Assembly (NCBI RefSeq): GCF_964194155.1
Contig: NC_135900.1
Location: 13,950,001-14,014,000, forward strand
Direction of reading: 5' to 3'
Length of the DNA stretch: 64,000 nucleotides
DNA from: Cetorhinus maximus
Taxonomy: Eukaryota
Position 1 is the stretch's first letter. Each line of letters starts with the position of its first letter. Shown here one piece after another: positions 61,771-64,000 of this stretch. The notes under the pieces were generated by a model that saw only the letters and a list, made by a program, of their open reading frames with translations, ran no database searches and had not been told where the DNA came from. Both the position numbers and the translations under genes were made by a program.

Positions 61771-62959
61771 CTCTGGTGGGCTGGAGAGACTGAGGTTGTG
61801 CATTTGACTGACCTTTAAATATGGCGCCTGGACCTTTGAACCCACCAGCTGACGGCGGCCACACCAATCGACTCCTGACCCGCCAGGTGATTCAGACCAA
61901 TACGCGCCTTTGCTTAATGAGGCTCCAAGCGCGGAAGCAGTCATGAGTTCCCGCCATTCCGGACAGCTGGGTGGTCTCATTTCTGGAAAATTCCGCCCTT
62001 AGGATCTAAGCATTTTTGCGCTCAATTAGAAGAATCAAACCAAAGCGATTCCAAATTCCCAATACTATCACCTATTTTCACCGCGTCAAAGTAAATGAGC
62101 GGGGAATACGTGAAACATGTTAGACTAAGGCGTTCAAAAACACTTCTATTCATCTACTGGCTTCAGGTTTGTATTAAATTGCATGCGACTTGAATCAAGG
62201 CTTTTGTAATTTGTCATGTTTGCATATTTAAAAAAAAAATGCATTTTGCAATCCAGGTGAACTCGTTCAGTTGATCACTAAGATTCCTTCTTCAAATCCA
62301 CATCTAAGGAGAACTTCCGAAGGTATTTTGGAAGAATTTCTATCCAGGAATCAGCCCCACCCGGTTACTTGAGCTGCTATAGAACTTGGCACTGATAATA
62401 AACAGGAGGAGAGAGCGCTGTAAGTTGTGGAAAGCACTTCAGCCTCTCTGTGGATTTGCTTTTCCTCTTTCTTGGATATCACCTTTACCAATACTTCAGA
62501 TGTATCTTTTTGTCTTTAACCTTTGGAAAGTATCAGGTCATTTCGAGCATAAACTGCTGTGTGTCTGTCTAACCAGCGATGTGAGAGAAGACTTGAAGCC
62601 TTCGCCATCATCTAATGATGCAAACAAAGCTGCGACTGAGACATAGACATGTCTCGGGATCTCCTCCTCCTGTGCATGTCTTTTCTTCTGCCACTACCAC
62701 TGAGGACACACAAATGCTGCTAGAATATCAATGCTGATGAGCTGCCCTCACTCAATAGTGTTCCTTGAAGAAGAAGGGTTAGAAATGCTTATATCACACA
62801 CTTCAAATAAAAATTTAAACACATACTCCTGACGTCATACAAGGGTGCGGAGACTAGTTCAACTGAGGTTGACATCACAGGAATATGAATCTCACAGTGG
62901 GACACTATCACTGAGCGGGAGCAAGGCTAAGCCTCGAGGATTCTAAAGTACAAAATCAC

Positions 62960-64000
62960 AACTCCTTCAGTTGACAGGAACATTCACATAGCCATCAAAT
63001 TTGTTAAGAAAAGTGCAATTTATTTACATGCCTAGCACACCCATGACCCAAAAGTGACATCAATTTTTCTTAACTTTCCGACTCTACTACTACGCCTGGG
63101 TGCAGCCCCGCTACCTGCAGCAGAGGTGGAGGCAGCCTGCTGACTGACACATCCAGGTGTCTGCGATGACCTTGGCAGATGGTCCTCTGGTGGCCCGAGG
63201 CCTGGAGGGCCCCAGCCCGATCAGGGTCACCTTCTCAGGGGCAGCAGCGCCCTCAGCAGTCTAAGAAGCTGGAGTGAATGGGGTCACGGGCAGAGGGGGC
63301 TGAGCGCGGTTGCACACCCTTGGAGTGTCCTGAGAGGAGGCCCCACGAAGTGTCCGGCTGACGCTCATCCTCCCTGTGGGTCCCCGAGTGCCCCGCCTTG
63401 ACTCCTGCCGGAGATGGTGCACCTGGAGGGAGGTCAAAGTGTCTTGTCCTCATGTCACCTATGTCTTGATGGTGCCCACCAGGGTGTGTAGCCGTGGAGT
63501 GCAGGACCGGGCACAAATCCAGCAAGACCTGCTGGACCAAGGTCTACATGGTGGTCGCCAGCCTTCCCATGCTGACCTCGCGGCACTTGCATGTCACAGC
63601 CATGACATCAGACAGAAGGCGGACGGACTCCGCCATCATTCGCTCCAGTCTGCTGAATGACTGTCGAATCTCTGCCTGTTGTTTTGTCACCTGTCTTTGC
63701 ATCTCCAGCATTGATTTGGCGGCCGCTTCCAGAGGCTCATCATCTGACTCGGACTGAGTGGGCAGCTGGTCTCCATCCGAGTGTGAAGACCTGGGCTGTC
63801 ACTGTCTCCGGCTGCTGTGGGGATGAGTCAGTGAGGCGGTCCCCAGAAAGTGAGCCGGAGTCGAATCTACATCTGCGCCCCACCAACGCGTGTGTCTCTG
63901 AGCTGGTGGAGGGTGCGTGGGAGCGCCATGACGGTCCTTCGGGAGCTTCCGCTTCGGGTGTGGTCTAGGGGCTCACACTGGTGCTCGACTGACACGGGGG
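62960..64000 (-). mobile_element. Harbinger Myb/SANT accessory gene C-terminal region (element continues beyond the window)
   Basis: Minus strand SDDEPLEAAAKSMLEMQRQ...RLERMMAESVRL coiled segment, typical of these accessory proteins. Confidence 0.55.

Larger units (their letters stand above)
58829..61998 (+). mobile_element. Harbinger (PIF/Harbinger) DNA transposon, decayed two-gene structure
   Basis: TIRs gggcagaat / attccgccc; 3-bp flanks ttg/tta; convergent transposase and Myb/SANT genes. Confidence 0.88.

Overview
Eukaryotic, repeat-dominated intergenic or intronic DNA, very probably from a cartilaginous fish (shark). This is inferred from HER1-like CR1 LINEs, Deu-domain (SacSINE1-like) SINEs and abundant Harbinger and Penelope elements. 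No host protein-coding gene can be confidently identified; there is only one weak terminal-exon candidate and one promoter/first-exon candidate. Main content: two convergent same-family Gypsy (Mag-like) LTR retrotransposons (37812-40834 +, 44348-48569 -), a young CR1 LINE (48575-50634 -), a Penelope element with inverted terminal repeats (55711-57733), a decayed two-gene Harbinger transposon (58829-61998) with many MITEs and derivatives, Tx1, Tigger, solo LTRs, SINEs and a 21-bp minisatellite. Most notable: (1) in the first Gypsy copy the RT-RNaseH-integrase core is replaced by a ~620-bp host-like coiled-coil coding segment resembling UACA, apparently once fused in frame to gag-protease (candidate gene capture by an LTR retrotransposon); (2) two families of minimal hammerhead-ribozyme-bearing repeats, including small non-coding insertions with their own target-site duplications (TSDs; retrozyme-like). 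Family and protein names are recognised from memory, not from database searches.
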